Below, piece after piece: positions 17,697 through 26,606 of a DNA stretch of 64,000 bases. The translations under genes were made by a program, and so were the position numbers. The notes below the pieces were generated by a model. The model had not been told where the DNA came from and searched no databases. It saw only the letters and a list, made by a program, of their open reading frames with translations. Numbering within the stretch: the stretch's first letter is position 1; the number at the start of each line of letters is the position of its first letter. The DNA is from Patescibacteria group bacterium (lineage in GTDB: Bacteria > Patescibacteriota > Microgenomatia > UBA1406). The DNA is taken from NCBI GenBank assembly GCA_041665145.1, contig JBAYJK010000004.1:2434-66433 (forward strand), given 5' to 3'.

Positions 17697-18800
17697 CTAC
17701 TCCATGAAGTCGCGGTAGTTGCGGTCGTTGACGATGAATTTATTGCCCTCGCCGTTGAGCATTTTCCATGCAACGATACGGGCCATGCCCTCTACTTCCC
17801 GTTTAAGGGTACGAATTCCCGCATCAAACCCGAGCGGACGGATAAGCACCGGCCATACTTTTTCATCTATTTGCAGACTGTCCGGAGGAAGCCCCGCTTC
17901 TTTAATTGCATGCGGTAATAGGTATTCCCGTGCAATATGCAGCTTCTCATCATCCGTATATGACGGCATCTGAATGACTTCCATACGGTCCATGACCGCC
18001 GTTGCAACCTTCGCGACATTGTTTGCCGTCGCGACAAAAATGGCATCCGACAAATCAAACGGGTAGTCTATGTAGTGATCGACAAACGCTTGGTTCTGGG
18101 ACGGATCAAGAAGTTCAACCAACACACCCATAATTTCCTGCCGTTTTTCGTCTGAGACACGATCCAACTCGTCAAGAAGGATCACGGGGTTTTTGACATT
18201 CACCCTCCTGAGCGATTTCATGATTACTCCGGGTTCCGCTTCCGGATGAATACGGGACAAGCCCCGAAGATCCAATGCCGAGGCAAGTCCACCGAACGGT
18301 ATGCGAACCAGCTGTCGGTTTAGGGCTTCAGCAATGGATACTGCCATAGTGGTCTTTCCGGTGCCTACTAGTCCGACAAAACACAATATCGGCGAATGAA
18401 GATGCCCCGAGTATTGTGCAAGTTTCGTGATCTGTGTAAACTGTTCTGCGCCTTGTGATGAGCTTACCATATTTGCCAGATTTTGCTTCTTTTGGAGAAT
18501 GATGACGGAGAGAAATTCCAAGATACGCTTCTTGATGTTTTCAAGACCATAATGATTTTTATCGAAGATTTGTTTTGCTTTTTTGATGTCCAAAATGTCT
18601 TCGCTTTTTTTACTCCAGGGAAGATTTACCATCCATTCCACATAACTGTCCACCTGCTCATACGTCCCGAACCCCGCTCCGCCACCCATATGCAGGGCAT
18701 TTGCCAGGCGTTCGATTTGTTGCAGAAGTTTTGCCTCCAGCTCTTTGGCAAGATGCGCATTCAGGATTTTTTGCTTCAATTCCAGTACATGAGGATCCAT
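17697..18800 (-). CDS. Lon-type AAA+ module only (no LAN domain, no protease domain)
   Basis: 367 aa, collinear with the Lon AAA+ region: VEWMVNLPWS, NHYGLENIKKRILEFL, PILCFVGLVGTGKTT, LDELD, LLDPSQNQAFVDHY, MDRMEVIQMPSYT. The sequence ends before any Ser-Lys protease domain. TATACT 18809-18814, 8 nt before the ATG. Confidence 0.7.
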   Translation of the reverse strand: MDPHVLELKQKILNAHLAKELEAKLLQQIERLANALHMGGGAGFGTYEQVDSYVEWMVNLPWSKKSEDILDIKKAKQIFDKNHYGLENIKKRILEFLSVIILQKKQNLANMVSSSQGAEQFTQITKLAQYSGHLHSPILCFVGLVGTGKTTMAVSIAEALNRQLVRIPFGGLASALDLRGLSRIHPEAEPGVIMKSLRRVNVKNPVILLDELDRVSDEKRQEIMGVLVELLDPSQNQAFVDHYIDYPFDLSDAIFVATANNVAKVATAVMDRMEVIQMPSYTDDEKLHIAREYLLPHAIKEAGLPPDSLQIDEKVWPVLIRPLGFDAGIRTLKREVEGMARIVAWKMLNGEGNKFIVNDRNYRDFME

Positions 18801-18831
18801 ATAGAATCAGTATAGCAGAAGAAAAACAACA

Positions 18832-21800
18832 CTACTCGAGTAATAGATCGGAATCGCCTTTTGGCTGTCCGTATCCTCTGTCCACAAGGAGTTGACTCAT
18901 GACTGCTGACGACTCAAACTCCGGAAGATGATGTCCGAAAAATTGTTTCACCAACTTATCAAGTGCCTGTTCCAATTCCAGTGGAATATCTTTTCCCTGA
19001 GTACGGCTCAAATACGGAAGTGCACCGAACAGTTCTTGAAGAAAAGCTATCTCCGTCGCCTGATCTTCTGCGAGCCACCGTGCGTCGGTGCGTACATCCT
19101 TAATCAACTTCTGTGCAACCGATTTATGGGGAGAATTCTGCTTATCGGCATACACAACCGCTTCAGCCAAAAAGCTGCAGAAACGCTGTACGAGATTTGC
19201 CGCTTTATCTGTGTACTTGCTGCGATCTTTCATATACTCCAGTGCCTGATTTCTGCCAAGGTTATCTTTACGGGAGAGTATCTCGAGAAGATCTATCAGC
19301 TCTTTGTCTTTTGCCAGATGAGCTCGTGCCTGAGGGGTTTTGCCGTATTCGGCAAGCACGGGATACATGGTGAAATCATAGCTATGCACAAAAGACCGCG
19401 CAAAAAGCTCAGCATCCGCCCTGCGTCTGATGTTTAGATTAGGGCCTATTGCCGCAACTCCTGCACTATATCCGGTAGACAGAGCGGTCATGAATTCCCC
19501 TTCGCCGGCACCGAGATTTGAGACCTGACCATATTGGCCATCAACGATCGGCGCCTCATCGGGAACAAGCACTCCGCCGGTTTTCCGTGCCAACGCCTTC
19601 AGCGCGGCATTGCCCGAAAGCGTGTCAATCGCCGGAACAACTCCCGCTCCCATACGCGCATCGGCTGTCTCCTGAAATAAAAGAAGCGCCGATTCCGCAA
19701 ACACCGGCAACAGCTCGGACCCGCTGACTCCTTTTGCTTTACATGCGGAAAAAAACTCCGGTTGAAAATGATGCCAAAAGTCAGCAAACGACTCAAAACG
19801 CTCTCCGGTATTGAGGTAATTGAAAACCACTTCCTTAATGGAGGTAAATACCGGGAGACCATATACGCCGAGCGTGCTCACGAAAAGTCGGTGAGCGTCC
19901 CGTCCGGGAACCGCACAGACCGCATTCGCCCGTTCGGAAACGGCAGTAATACTTGCGGCGAGCGCCCACGTTGCTAATTGCTTGGGGACAATCAACGACT
20001 CTGCCACCTTCACTAACGCTGCAATGTCCGCTTCGGGGACATGGCGTTCTTTCATGAGCCGAGTAGTAAGCGCCCGAATCTCCGGGGGACTGACCCGCCG
20101 ATCATCAACACGCAATGCTCTGTTTACCTCCGTTCTTCCATTTGCAGAGAGTGCGACAAACGCTTCGTTTTTTGTCAGTGTTACGTTATATTCCGTTGCT
20201 CCTAAAATTCGGGCAATTGAGGCGTCGTGCCCCAACATACTGTCAAGCGTATGCCGGGCTACTGATGAACCGATTCCCCGGGGAGGGTATTTATATACCT
20301 CCGTCTTGAGCTTAAAACCCATCGCATCCCGAACAGGATCATCAGCGTCCGGATGAGGAAAATCAATTCGCTCATGCTCCGCTACCGGCACATTCTCCAT
20401 TGCTCGCACTGCAGTATCTACTACCGTTTTCGCATCCGACCCGTCAATTGCGAGATGTCCGAAATAAATACGAACTCCCTTTATCGCTTCTCCGAAATGC
20501 CTGCGTTCTTTGCGGGTTGCGCCGTCTGGACCATACGGATTTGCAACCTCGACCATCGGTGAAAACAGGCCGGTTTCAAGCTCCAAAGTTGCAAGCTCCC
20601 TTCCCGCACCCGCCATATGAAACCACGATTGATTTTCGTGAACAGAGTCTTTTGATTGGCTCGGTTTCGCAAGGCGGACGGAGAGTAATGGTTGTTTTTT
20701 TCCATGAGGATCCCACTCACTGAATGATTGTGGTTTTTGTAAAGCGGCAAGAACCCGCTGTGCAACATCAGCGTCCTGCTGCTGTTTTGACAAACCCGGT
20801 GTATTCCTGATTATCGAATCTTCTATGACTTTGTCCGGCAGGGCGCTTGTGAGAAACGCCTGATACATGGCTGCTTTCGGATCATTCGGGCGATCATTCT
20901 GAAGATACAAAGCCGCATCTTCCCGTGTTTTCTTGAGGATGTTCATTGCGGTAAGCCGCACACTATCCCGAATGTCCAAATACGCGGTTTGTGCTGCCTG
21001 CACGTCACCACGGGTAAGTTTTCCGGCGACTGTCGGTGGAAGCGCAAGAAAATCCGACACAATAACGTCACAATACCCGTTATCGTCAAGCAGTATCCGT
21101 AGCGTTTCCTGTGCCGGGTCAGCACGAAGTTGAAATTCTCCCTGAACCATATACATTCCCCAATTACTTCCAACACCCGCTCGATCACAAAGTTCAATCG
21201 AACGCTTGAGCACATCTTTTTCTGAAGCTCCCGCAAATGAATGGTGGGTATCGCGCACCTGTTGAATGCGTGCCTGGTTATCACAATACGCTTCATAAAT
21301 CGTACGCACGCCTGCCTGCATGACAACTCCCGTATTTCTGTCGTCACCGGATGGGGAATGTTCGACATGCTCATCTTCAGTCGACCGGTGGGTACTGGTG
21401 CGAATGACATTACGAAAGTCCCTGTCAAGCCGGTACACTGCAAACGGTCCGGTCAAACCCCGCTCAACCATCATCTCACCCCGCAGCTTATCCGCCACCC
21501 TGACGAACTCCTGTCGGAATCGGTTCCACCAGAACGTTCCGGGGTCGGTAATTCCCGTTAACCATTCAGGTGCGATTTTAACTGTCGCGATGGTTGCCTG
21601 CATCAGGGAAGTGCCGATATCTTTTTTTTGCTCAGCAAGACGGGAAAGGGTACCGAATATATGGCGAAGGAAAGGCGCCAACTGACCCTGCTTGATAACT
21701 CCGTGTTCGACCAGGTCCAAAGCCGGACTGATCAGCGCGCCACATGTACCTAGCTCGTCCCGCTCTTGTTGTGAAAGGCCGGATAAGAACGCCGTCACCC

Positions 21801-21879
21801 GATCAAATTTAGTGGCCTTATTTTCTGCGCCAACAGATTCGCCTTCAACATCGACAGCACCGGCTACAAATACACCCAT
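18832..21879 (-). CDS. 1015-aa orphan cytoplasmic protein
   Basis: Uninterrupted ORF with no TM helix and no motif recognised. Visibly G+C-rich relative to its neighbours. TAAAAT 21886-21891, 6 nt before the ATG. Confidence 0.6.
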   Translation of the reverse strand: MGVFVAGAVDVEGESVGAENKATKFDRVTAFLSGLSQQERDELGTCGALISPALDLVEHGVIKQGQLAPFLRHIFGTLSRLAEQKKDIGTSLMQATIATVKIAPEWLTGITDPGTFWWNRFRQEFVRVADKLRGEMMVERGLTGPFAVYRLDRDFRNVIRTSTHRSTEDEHVEHSPSGDDRNTGVVMQAGVRTIYEAYCDNQARIQQVRDTHHSFAGASEKDVLKRSIELCDRAGVGSNWGMYMVQGEFQLRADPAQETLRILLDDNGYCDVIVSDFLALPPTVAGKLTRGDVQAAQTAYLDIRDSVRLTAMNILKKTREDAALYLQNDRPNDPKAAMYQAFLTSALPDKVIEDSIIRNTPGLSKQQQDADVAQRVLAALQKPQSFSEWDPHGKKQPLLSVRLAKPSQSKDSVHENQSWFHMAGAGRELATLELETGLFSPMVEVANPYGPDGATRKERRHFGEAIKGVRIYFGHLAIDGSDAKTVVDTAVRAMENVPVAEHERIDFPHPDADDPVRDAMGFKLKTEVYKYPPRGIGSSVARHTLDSMLGHDASIARILGATEYNVTLTKNEAFVALSANGRTEVNRALRVDDRRVSPPEIRALTTRLMKERHVPEADIAALVKVAESLIVPKQLATWALAASITAVSERANAVCAVPGRDAHRLFVSTLGVYGLPVFTSIKEVVFNYLNTGERFESFADFWHHFQPEFFSACKAKGVSGSELLPVFAESALLLFQETADARMGAGVVPAIDTLSGNAALKALARKTGGVLVPDEAPIVDGQYGQVSNLGAGEGEFMTALSTGYSAGVAAIGPNLNIRRRADAELFARSFVHSYDFTMYPVLAEYGKTPQARAHLAKDKELIDLLEILSRKDNLGRNQALEYMKDRSKYTDKAANLVQRFCSFLAEAVVYADKQNSPHKSVAQKLIKDVRTDARWLAEDQATEIAFLQELFGALPYLSRTQGKDIPLELEQALDKLVKQFFGHHLPEFESSAVMSQLLVDRGYGQPKGDSDLLLE

Positions 21880-21906
21880 ACGTTGATTTTAGCAGATACA
21901 TGAAAC

Positions 21907-22491
21907 CTACGGCAGCAGTTTAAACACCTTCCACCAGGCTGAAATATAGTCTGCCCTCCGGTTCTGATACCGCAGATAGTAGGCATGTTCCCACACATCC
22001 AACCCGAACACCGGAATGTGACCTTTCTGAAACGGTGAATCCTGGTTCGGAAGTGCATACGAGACAAGCTTCCCCACTTCGTCACGGGCGAGAAACGCCC
22101 AGCCGCTTCCGAATTGTTTTAACGCCAGATCAGAAAACATTTTTTTAAATTCTTCCAACGAACTATACGTCGCCACAATGTCCGCCACGAGTTTTTCATC
22201 CACTTCCTTTTCAGGACCCATGATGGTCCAAAAGAGAGAATGGTTCAGGTGGCCCCCCGCATTGTTTTTAAACATAGTTTTGTCTTGAGGAGATAAGTCT
22301 AATGAGTCCATTGAGACTAATAGGTCCGGTAGGGATCGGTCAGAAACCTGAGGATACTTTTCGAGAACCGTATTCACATTATTAATGTATGCCTGATGGT
22401 GCTTGGTATGGTGAATCTCCATAGTTTCCTTATCAATAGAGCCCTCAAGTGCGTCATATGCGTACGGCAGTTTCGGTAGTTTATATATCAT
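21907..22491 (-). CDS. sodA: Fe/Mn-family superoxide dismutase (Mn-type-like)
   Basis: 194 aa. LPKLPYAYDALE, HHTKHHQAY and DVWEHAYYLRYQNRR metal-ligand motifs; the last resembles Mn-SOD YYLKYQNRRP. Confidence 0.9.
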   Translation of the reverse strand: MIYKLPKLPYAYDALEGSIDKETMEIHHTKHHQAYINNVNTVLEKYPQVSDRSLPDLLVSMDSLDLSPQDKTMFKNNAGGHLNHSLFWTIMGPEKEVDEKLVADIVATYSSLEEFKKMFSDLALKQFGSGWAFLARDEVGKLVSYALPNQDSPFQKGHIPVFGLDVWEHAYYLRYQNRRADYISAWWKVFKLLP

Positions 22492-22562
22492 ATATAGTGT
22501 GACAAACTAATAACAAACCCTATATACAGGGTAGCACTCATAGGAAATTTGTCAAGTCATTT

Positions 22563-22578
22563 TGTGATTCTCATCACA
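22563..22578. promoter_or_regulatory. perfect CRP/FNR-type palindrome TGTGA-N6-TCACA upstream of sodA
   Basis: TGTGATTCTCATCACA lies in the 87-bp spacer upstream of sodA and abuts the stop of the PIG-L gene. No cognate regulator is seen in the window. A single occurrence could be chance. Confidence 0.3.
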
Positions 22579-23244
22579 TTACCTCTTTTTGACAAGGAAT
22601 AATTCCTCTTTTTTAAAGAGGTGGAGTTTGTTAAGCAGCTTGAAGATTTTGTAAATCATGTCGAAGTCGTGTTTCTGGGAAACATGGGCTTTGGCCGAAG
22701 CGACCTTTGTATCCCACACGGATGTGACGTCCACAATTTTATCTACCTTGTCCCGGTCATACCCTTCGGGGAAGTAGATAAAATAATCGGGAACAAATTT
22801 TCTGAAACTTTTGTTATTACAAAAATACCAGACCTCTTTAATATATTTCAGTTTTTCGAAAAGAAACGTCACAACCATGCTGACAGTTATATGATCGATA
22901 TGTCCGGAGACACCCAACATCTCGAATGTAATAACTCTTTCGGGTTTGTACTTTTCAAGATACGGCTTAATAGCGCTTGCAAATTTATGATACACGTTAT
23001 TACACAGCGTTCCGTCTGCAAAACCTAAAAAATGAACAGCTTTAATTCCCAAGATCTTCGCAGAATTCAGTAATTCACCTTCCCTAATATTTCCCGCATT
23101 TTTTCCGCCCGCCCCTGCCTCGCCTTTTGTTGCACATAAGAGATACACGTTGTACTCTTTCGCCAGGAGGGCGAGTGTCCCGGACGGACCGAATGCTTCG
23201 TCATCGGGATGAGCGAAGACGGCGACGATATTCTTGATTTTCAA
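22579..23244 (-). CDS. PIG-L/LmbE-family deacetylase
   Basis: 221 aa. VAVFAHPDDEAFG and GHIDH motifs. TTG start as in the track. Confidence 0.75.
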   Translation of the reverse strand: MKIKNIVAVFAHPDDEAFGPSGTLALLAKEYNVYLLCATKGEAGAGGKNAGNIREGELLNSAKILGIKAVHFLGFADGTLCNNVYHKFASAIKPYLEKYKPERVITFEMLGVSGHIDHITVSMVVTFLFEKLKYIKEVWYFCNNKSFRKFVPDYFIYFPEGYDRDKVDKIVDVTSVWDTKVASAKAHVSQKHDFDMIYKIFKLLNKLHLFKKEELFLVKKR

Positions 23245-23311
23245 TTTCTAATTTCTAATTTTTAATCAATGTTTAATTTAAAATTTTCAAGTAATTGTAA
23301 CATGCGATACG

Positions 23312-23341
23312 AAAAGGGCCCCGCAAAACGCGGGGCCCTTT
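23312..23341 (-). terminator. intrinsic terminator hairpin after the 185-aa secreted-protein gene
   Basis: GGGCCCCGC 23316-23324 pairs with GCGGGGCCC 23330-23338. On the minus strand the stem is followed by TTTT. Confidence 0.7.
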
Positions 23342-23387
23342 CAGGTAAAACGTATTCAATTGTCTTCAACCCACGCTGAGCGTGGGG

Positions 23388-23945
23388 CTACGGACCAAAA
23401 TGCGTTGGTCCGGGTGGGCTCCACCAGAGCTGCCACCCAGAACAACGCACCGTCTCCCAAACAACCCATGTGTATGGGCTGCAATTGGTGAGAGTGGCTG
23501 AATAACCGCCCCCCCACATATCCCATCGGGGCGTCCCGACAGCGGGATCCCCGGAATATGGGTCCTCCCGGTACCATTGGTTTGCAGGGAGCCTGCGGTA
23601 GTCATAAATCCCAGATTGACTACCGAACTCTTGCATGCTTACCTCTCCCGCCAGGGGAGTGTAAGCATGCTGCCCGAACTGGTAGTTACCTAACAGTTGG
23701 GATTCATTGGGAACCATGGTCGCACCTGGTGGTGGCAATTGCTCGGGCTGCGAAACACAGACCGAGCCATTCCACTGGGTTCCCTCGGGACAAGGGGCCC
23801 AGCAGGTCTGCCCGTCCCAGTTGTTCGGAACGGGACAATACGCCGGACGGTCATCGGCCAGGACAAGACCTTGTGGCGCCCCGAGCAGCGCCGCGACGAT
23901 AACTACAGCAACTACTCGGAGTAGTCGCTTCCACTTTGGGTTCAT
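23388..23945 (-). CDS. secreted Cys/Trp-rich hypothetical protein (G+C-rich gene)
   Basis: 185 aa, AGGAGG upstream, signal peptide RLLRVVAVVIVAALLGAPQGLVLA. Confidence 0.6.
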   Translation of the reverse strand: MNPKWKRLLRVVAVVIVAALLGAPQGLVLADDRPAYCPVPNNWDGQTCWAPCPEGTQWNGSVCVSQPEQLPPPGATMVPNESQLLGNYQFGQHAYTPLAGEVSMQEFGSQSGIYDYRRLPANQWYREDPYSGDPAVGTPRWDMWGGGYSATLTNCSPYTWVVWETVRCSGWQLWWSPPGPTHFGP

Positions 23946-23986
23946 CAGGCCTCCTTTTTCCCCCGCTCAGCGGGGGGATTTGATAT

Positions 23987-24634
23987 TTACCGATCGACCC
24001 AACGGCCGGAGCCGTACGGGTCGCACTGAATCGTTGGGTTTTGCGCGGGCGCCAATGCACCCGGCAGAACCATTTCTCGGGTTTCCCGGTACCAGCAAGA
24101 TTTTTGTACGAACTTGCTTTGGCCCAACGGCAAACCGTCAGGACCGAAGCACCCAACGGGACCGGGAAGGTCCACGAGCCCGGACTGGTCCCTCTGGTAC
24201 GCCCAGAGAGCACAGTCCTCTCGCTGCCACGCCCCCATGTATGATGGGAGCTTATCTTCCGGGATGAACTCCGGAAGAACTACGGGCGGCAAAGCAGTCG
24301 GCTGCGGCTGTACGGCTGGAAAGCCGTCTGGAGTCGGCGACGCTGCCGTCTCAAAAAATCCGGGGAACGACATCCCGGGCGCCGCCGTAATTACGATGAG
24401 CGGAACCTCAGTCTGCTCAGGTGTCGGCCAGAAACCTGGCGCCGCCACCGGCGGCAGCGTCGGAATGGCCTGAACGCCGGTAGATTGCGCCGGCTGCTGG
24501 GCCGGTGACGGCGTCCTCGGGGCATTCCCTTCGGACGCCACTACCACCAGCCCGAGAATCAGGCCGAATGTGACCACGGCTCGCCGTAGCGAGCCGAACA
24601 TCAATCTCAGTAACGCAGGTCCTGCTTTCTTCAT
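23987..24634 (-). CDS. secreted Pro-rich hypothetical protein (G+C-rich gene)
   Basis: Start moved to ATG 24634, which has AGGAGGTG at 24641-24648 (track start 24673). Signal/anchor helix followed by a P/A/T/Q-rich region. Confidence 0.6.
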   Translation of the reverse strand: MKKAGPALLRLMFGSLRRAVVTFGLILGLVVVASEGNAPRTPSPAQQPAQSTGVQAIPTLPPVAAPGFWPTPEQTEVPLIVITAAPGMSFPGFFETAASPTPDGFPAVQPQPTALPPVVLPEFIPEDKLPSYMGAWQREDCALWAYQRDQSGLVDLPGPVGCFGPDGLPLGQSKFVQKSCWYRETREMVLPGALAPAQNPTIQCDPYGSGRWVDR

Positions 24635-24738
24635 GTTATTCACCTCCTGTGCTCTTATAGATTTTTTTGTCAAGAGCCAGAGATTAGTAGTTTGGCGATT
24701 ACTAATTTCTGACTCTTAACTCTTTTCGAATACGTTTT

Positions 24739-24751
24739 CCTGTTAAAGAAC
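24739..24751 (-). promoter_or_regulatory. rrn-type boxA-like element in the 5' leader
   Basis: The minus strand reads TGTTCTTTAACAGG (E. coli rrn boxA is TGCTCTTTAACAA). It is preceded by the nested hairpin TGTACA..CCTGTCT..AGACAGG..TGTACA. Confidence 0.6.
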
Positions 24752-24821
24752 ATTTGTACAACAACACCTGTCTCAGCATAGCAAGACAGGACGCTGTACA
24801 AATTACACGATCAATGGGTGT

Positions 24822-24827
24822 ATTATA
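24822..24827 (-). promoter_or_regulatory. candidate -10 box (TATAAT) for the long-leader transcript of 23987-24634
   Basis: Minus-strand TATAAT in the context CTATAGTATAAT. The -35 is weak. Implies a ~185-nt leader. Confidence 0.4.
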
Positions 24828-24897
24828 CTATAGGAGCCTTATAGAAGCCTAAAGTAGGGATGATTGGTCTAAATGTCTGATTGTCTGAAGAGTCTTA

Positions 24898-25548
24898 CTA
24901 TTTTTCAACTTCCTGCCGTTTGGCTTCGATTATCGAACGAAGCTTCTCCATGGTTTCCGCTTCTTTGCCGGTTGCATTCAACAGCACATAATCGCAGTCT
25001 TCCGTCTGTTCTACTTCCCAGTTGGCAAGGGCAACGCTTGTTTTCATTACTTCTTCCGTCAGCTGATCTGCAGCGCGACGGTCCCTAATTCTTTTTTCAA
25101 GTTCCGCAATACTTTCAGGAACGATCATAACGATAAGGACATTCTTAAATAGCCGAATGGCTTTTTGCCGCACGTTCTTCATTCCGCGCACATCGATGCG
25201 CCAAATAACGTCTTTTCCCGATTTAAGCGCTTCTTCGACATGTTTCTTTTGGCCGCCCTTGTAATGGCCGAGATACTCCACCCACTCAATAAACCCGTCT
25301 TCCGCAATAAGTTTTTCAAATTCGTCACGACTGACAAAGTAGTAGTCTTTACCCTCGATTTCACCATCACGCATCGGTCGGGAGTTGGTTGTTATGAGAT
25401 GAACGGCGTCGGGATATTTTGCAAGATACCCGTCCATGACTGTATCTTTGCCCGCACCCGTCGGGCCGGTAAGAATCACAAGAATATTTTTGGATTTCTG
25501 ATTGTTTGCGACTTCGAATGCATTCATGACCATGGGATATGGTAACAC
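24898..25548 (-). CDS. gmk: guanylate kinase
   Basis: P-loop GPTGAGKD and SRPMRDGEIEGKDYYFVSRDEF signature. The track start is GTG 25548; ATG alternatives are at 25533 and 25527. Confidence 0.75.
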   Translation of the reverse strand: MLPYPMVMNAFEVANNQKSKNILVILTGPTGAGKDTVMDGYLAKYPDAVHLITTNSRPMRDGEIEGKDYYFVSRDEFEKLIAEDGFIEWVEYLGHYKGGQKKHVEEALKSGKDVIWRIDVRGMKNVRQKAIRLFKNVLIVMIVPESIAELEKRIRDRRAADQLTEEVMKTSVALANWEVEQTEDCDYVLLNATGKEAETMEKLRSIIEAKRQEVEK

Positions 25549-25662
25549 ATACGAATCAAAAGTTTCAAGGCTTAATGTTTAAGGCAATTAAGTCTTACTG
25601 ACTTACGACTTGAAAATTGAATAGAAATTAGAAATTGAGAATTAAAAATTAATTTTGTGTAT

Positions 25663-25694
25663 GTGGAGCTGCGCCGGACAGGGCGCAGCTCCAC
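25663..25694 (-). terminator. 13-bp G+C-rich hairpin at the 3' end of the LysM gene (no U-tract)
   Basis: GTGGAGCTGCGCC 25663-25675 pairs with GGCGCAGCTCCAC 25682-25694. No T-run follows on the minus strand. Confidence 0.45.
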
Positions 25695-25717
25695 GGTTTC
25701 GGCCGCACGAGAGAGGG

Positions 25718-26374
25718 CTAGGGCATCAGGGGGAAGTTGTCCCCCGCAACACATACCCAGTCATCCTGGGATGTAATTTGATACCCCCGAATTTGGTTGT
25801 TCCCGTCATAAAACTCGACGGTTACAACCAGTCCGCCCTTTTGGGCGGACCACTTCCAGAGGGCAATTTCTTGCCCTCGATTGTCAAGAGGCGGGTTGCC
25901 CACAACCGCCTCAAGACTGTACGCGTCAGCTTTCAGCCAGATGCGCTGAAACGCGCCGATCCGGCTGCACTCGGCCACCGAGCCAAGTGAGAAATGCTCA
26001 TTTGTCCCCGACTTCTTCGTCGGGACGGTGAATGTGGCCGGGATGCACAAGTTGCGCCCGGCCTCGACGTAGTTGGCGTTGTCGATCCCATTGATGCGGA
26101 CCAACGACGCCAAAGAGACGCTCTCGGCTTGGGCGATGCCGAGGAGCGTCTCCCCGCTTAAAACCTTGTGCCTCTTGGCACAGATCGAGGCGGTTTTCGT
26201 CGGTTGCGGCTGCGCCGTAGGCTGAGGCACAACCTGGGCGGCAACTGCGGCAGTTGCCGGGGGGGTCTGTCCACCCCCACTCGGCGCCACGCTGAGCGTG
26301 GGAGCCGCCGCCGGTGCACAGGCCGACAGCCATATCGCCGCGCACAGCGCGGCCACCAACTTCAACACGTTCAT
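25718..26374 (-). CDS. secreted LysM-domain protein (G+C-rich gene)
   Basis: 218 aa, GAAGGAGG upstream. Signal peptide, A/P/T/Q linker, and LysM motif HKVLSGETLLGIAQAESVSLASLVRINGIDNANYVEAGRNLCIP. Confidence 0.7.
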   Translation of the reverse strand: MNVLKLVAALCAAIWLSACAPAAAPTLSVAPSGGGQTPPATAAVAAQVVPQPTAQPQPTKTASICAKRHKVLSGETLLGIAQAESVSLASLVRINGIDNANYVEAGRNLCIPATFTVPTKKSGTNEHFSLGSVAECSRIGAFQRIWLKADAYSLEAVVGNPPLDNRGQEIALWKWSAQKGGLVVTVEFYDGNNQIRGYQITSQDDWVCVAGDNFPLMP

Positions 26375-26440
26375 TTTCTTCCTCCTTCAAATTTCTCGCC
26401 TACACAGGCGAGTCTGAAATAAAGATGATTTCTTGAATCT

Positions 26441-26465
26441 GGATCCCCGCTTCCGCGGGGATGAC
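26441..26465. repeat. partial copy of the GGATCCCCGC..GCGGGRATGAC hairpin element
   Basis: GGATCCCCGCTTCCGCGGGGATGAC; compare GGATCCCCGCCTACGCGGGAATGAC at 41357-41380. Confidence 0.6.
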
Positions 26466-26533
26466 AACCAATAGACTGACAGCACTTGAAAACACCCTTA
26501 TCTCAGACTTCCTGTAAGACAAGATTCGTGCGG

Positions 26534-26546
26534 CCTGTTAAAGAAC
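26534..26546 (-). promoter_or_regulatory. rrn-type boxA-like element in the LysM-gene leader
   Basis: The minus strand reads GGTTCTTTAACAGG, preceded by the hairpin GCGCGCC..GGCGCG. Confidence 0.6.
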
Positions 26547-26606
26547 CAGTTTCTAGGCGCATATATCGCGCCATGCATAACAGGCGCGCATACGTACCGT
26601 ATATGT

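Noticed and set aside
23356-24473. Multiple long overlapping ORFs on both strands in the G+C-rich genes. The same occurs within 6296-10009, 18832-21879 and 36944-41094.
   Set aside because: High G+C depletes stop codons in all frames. Only one frame per locus has a signal peptide, an SD sequence and coherent protein-like sequence.
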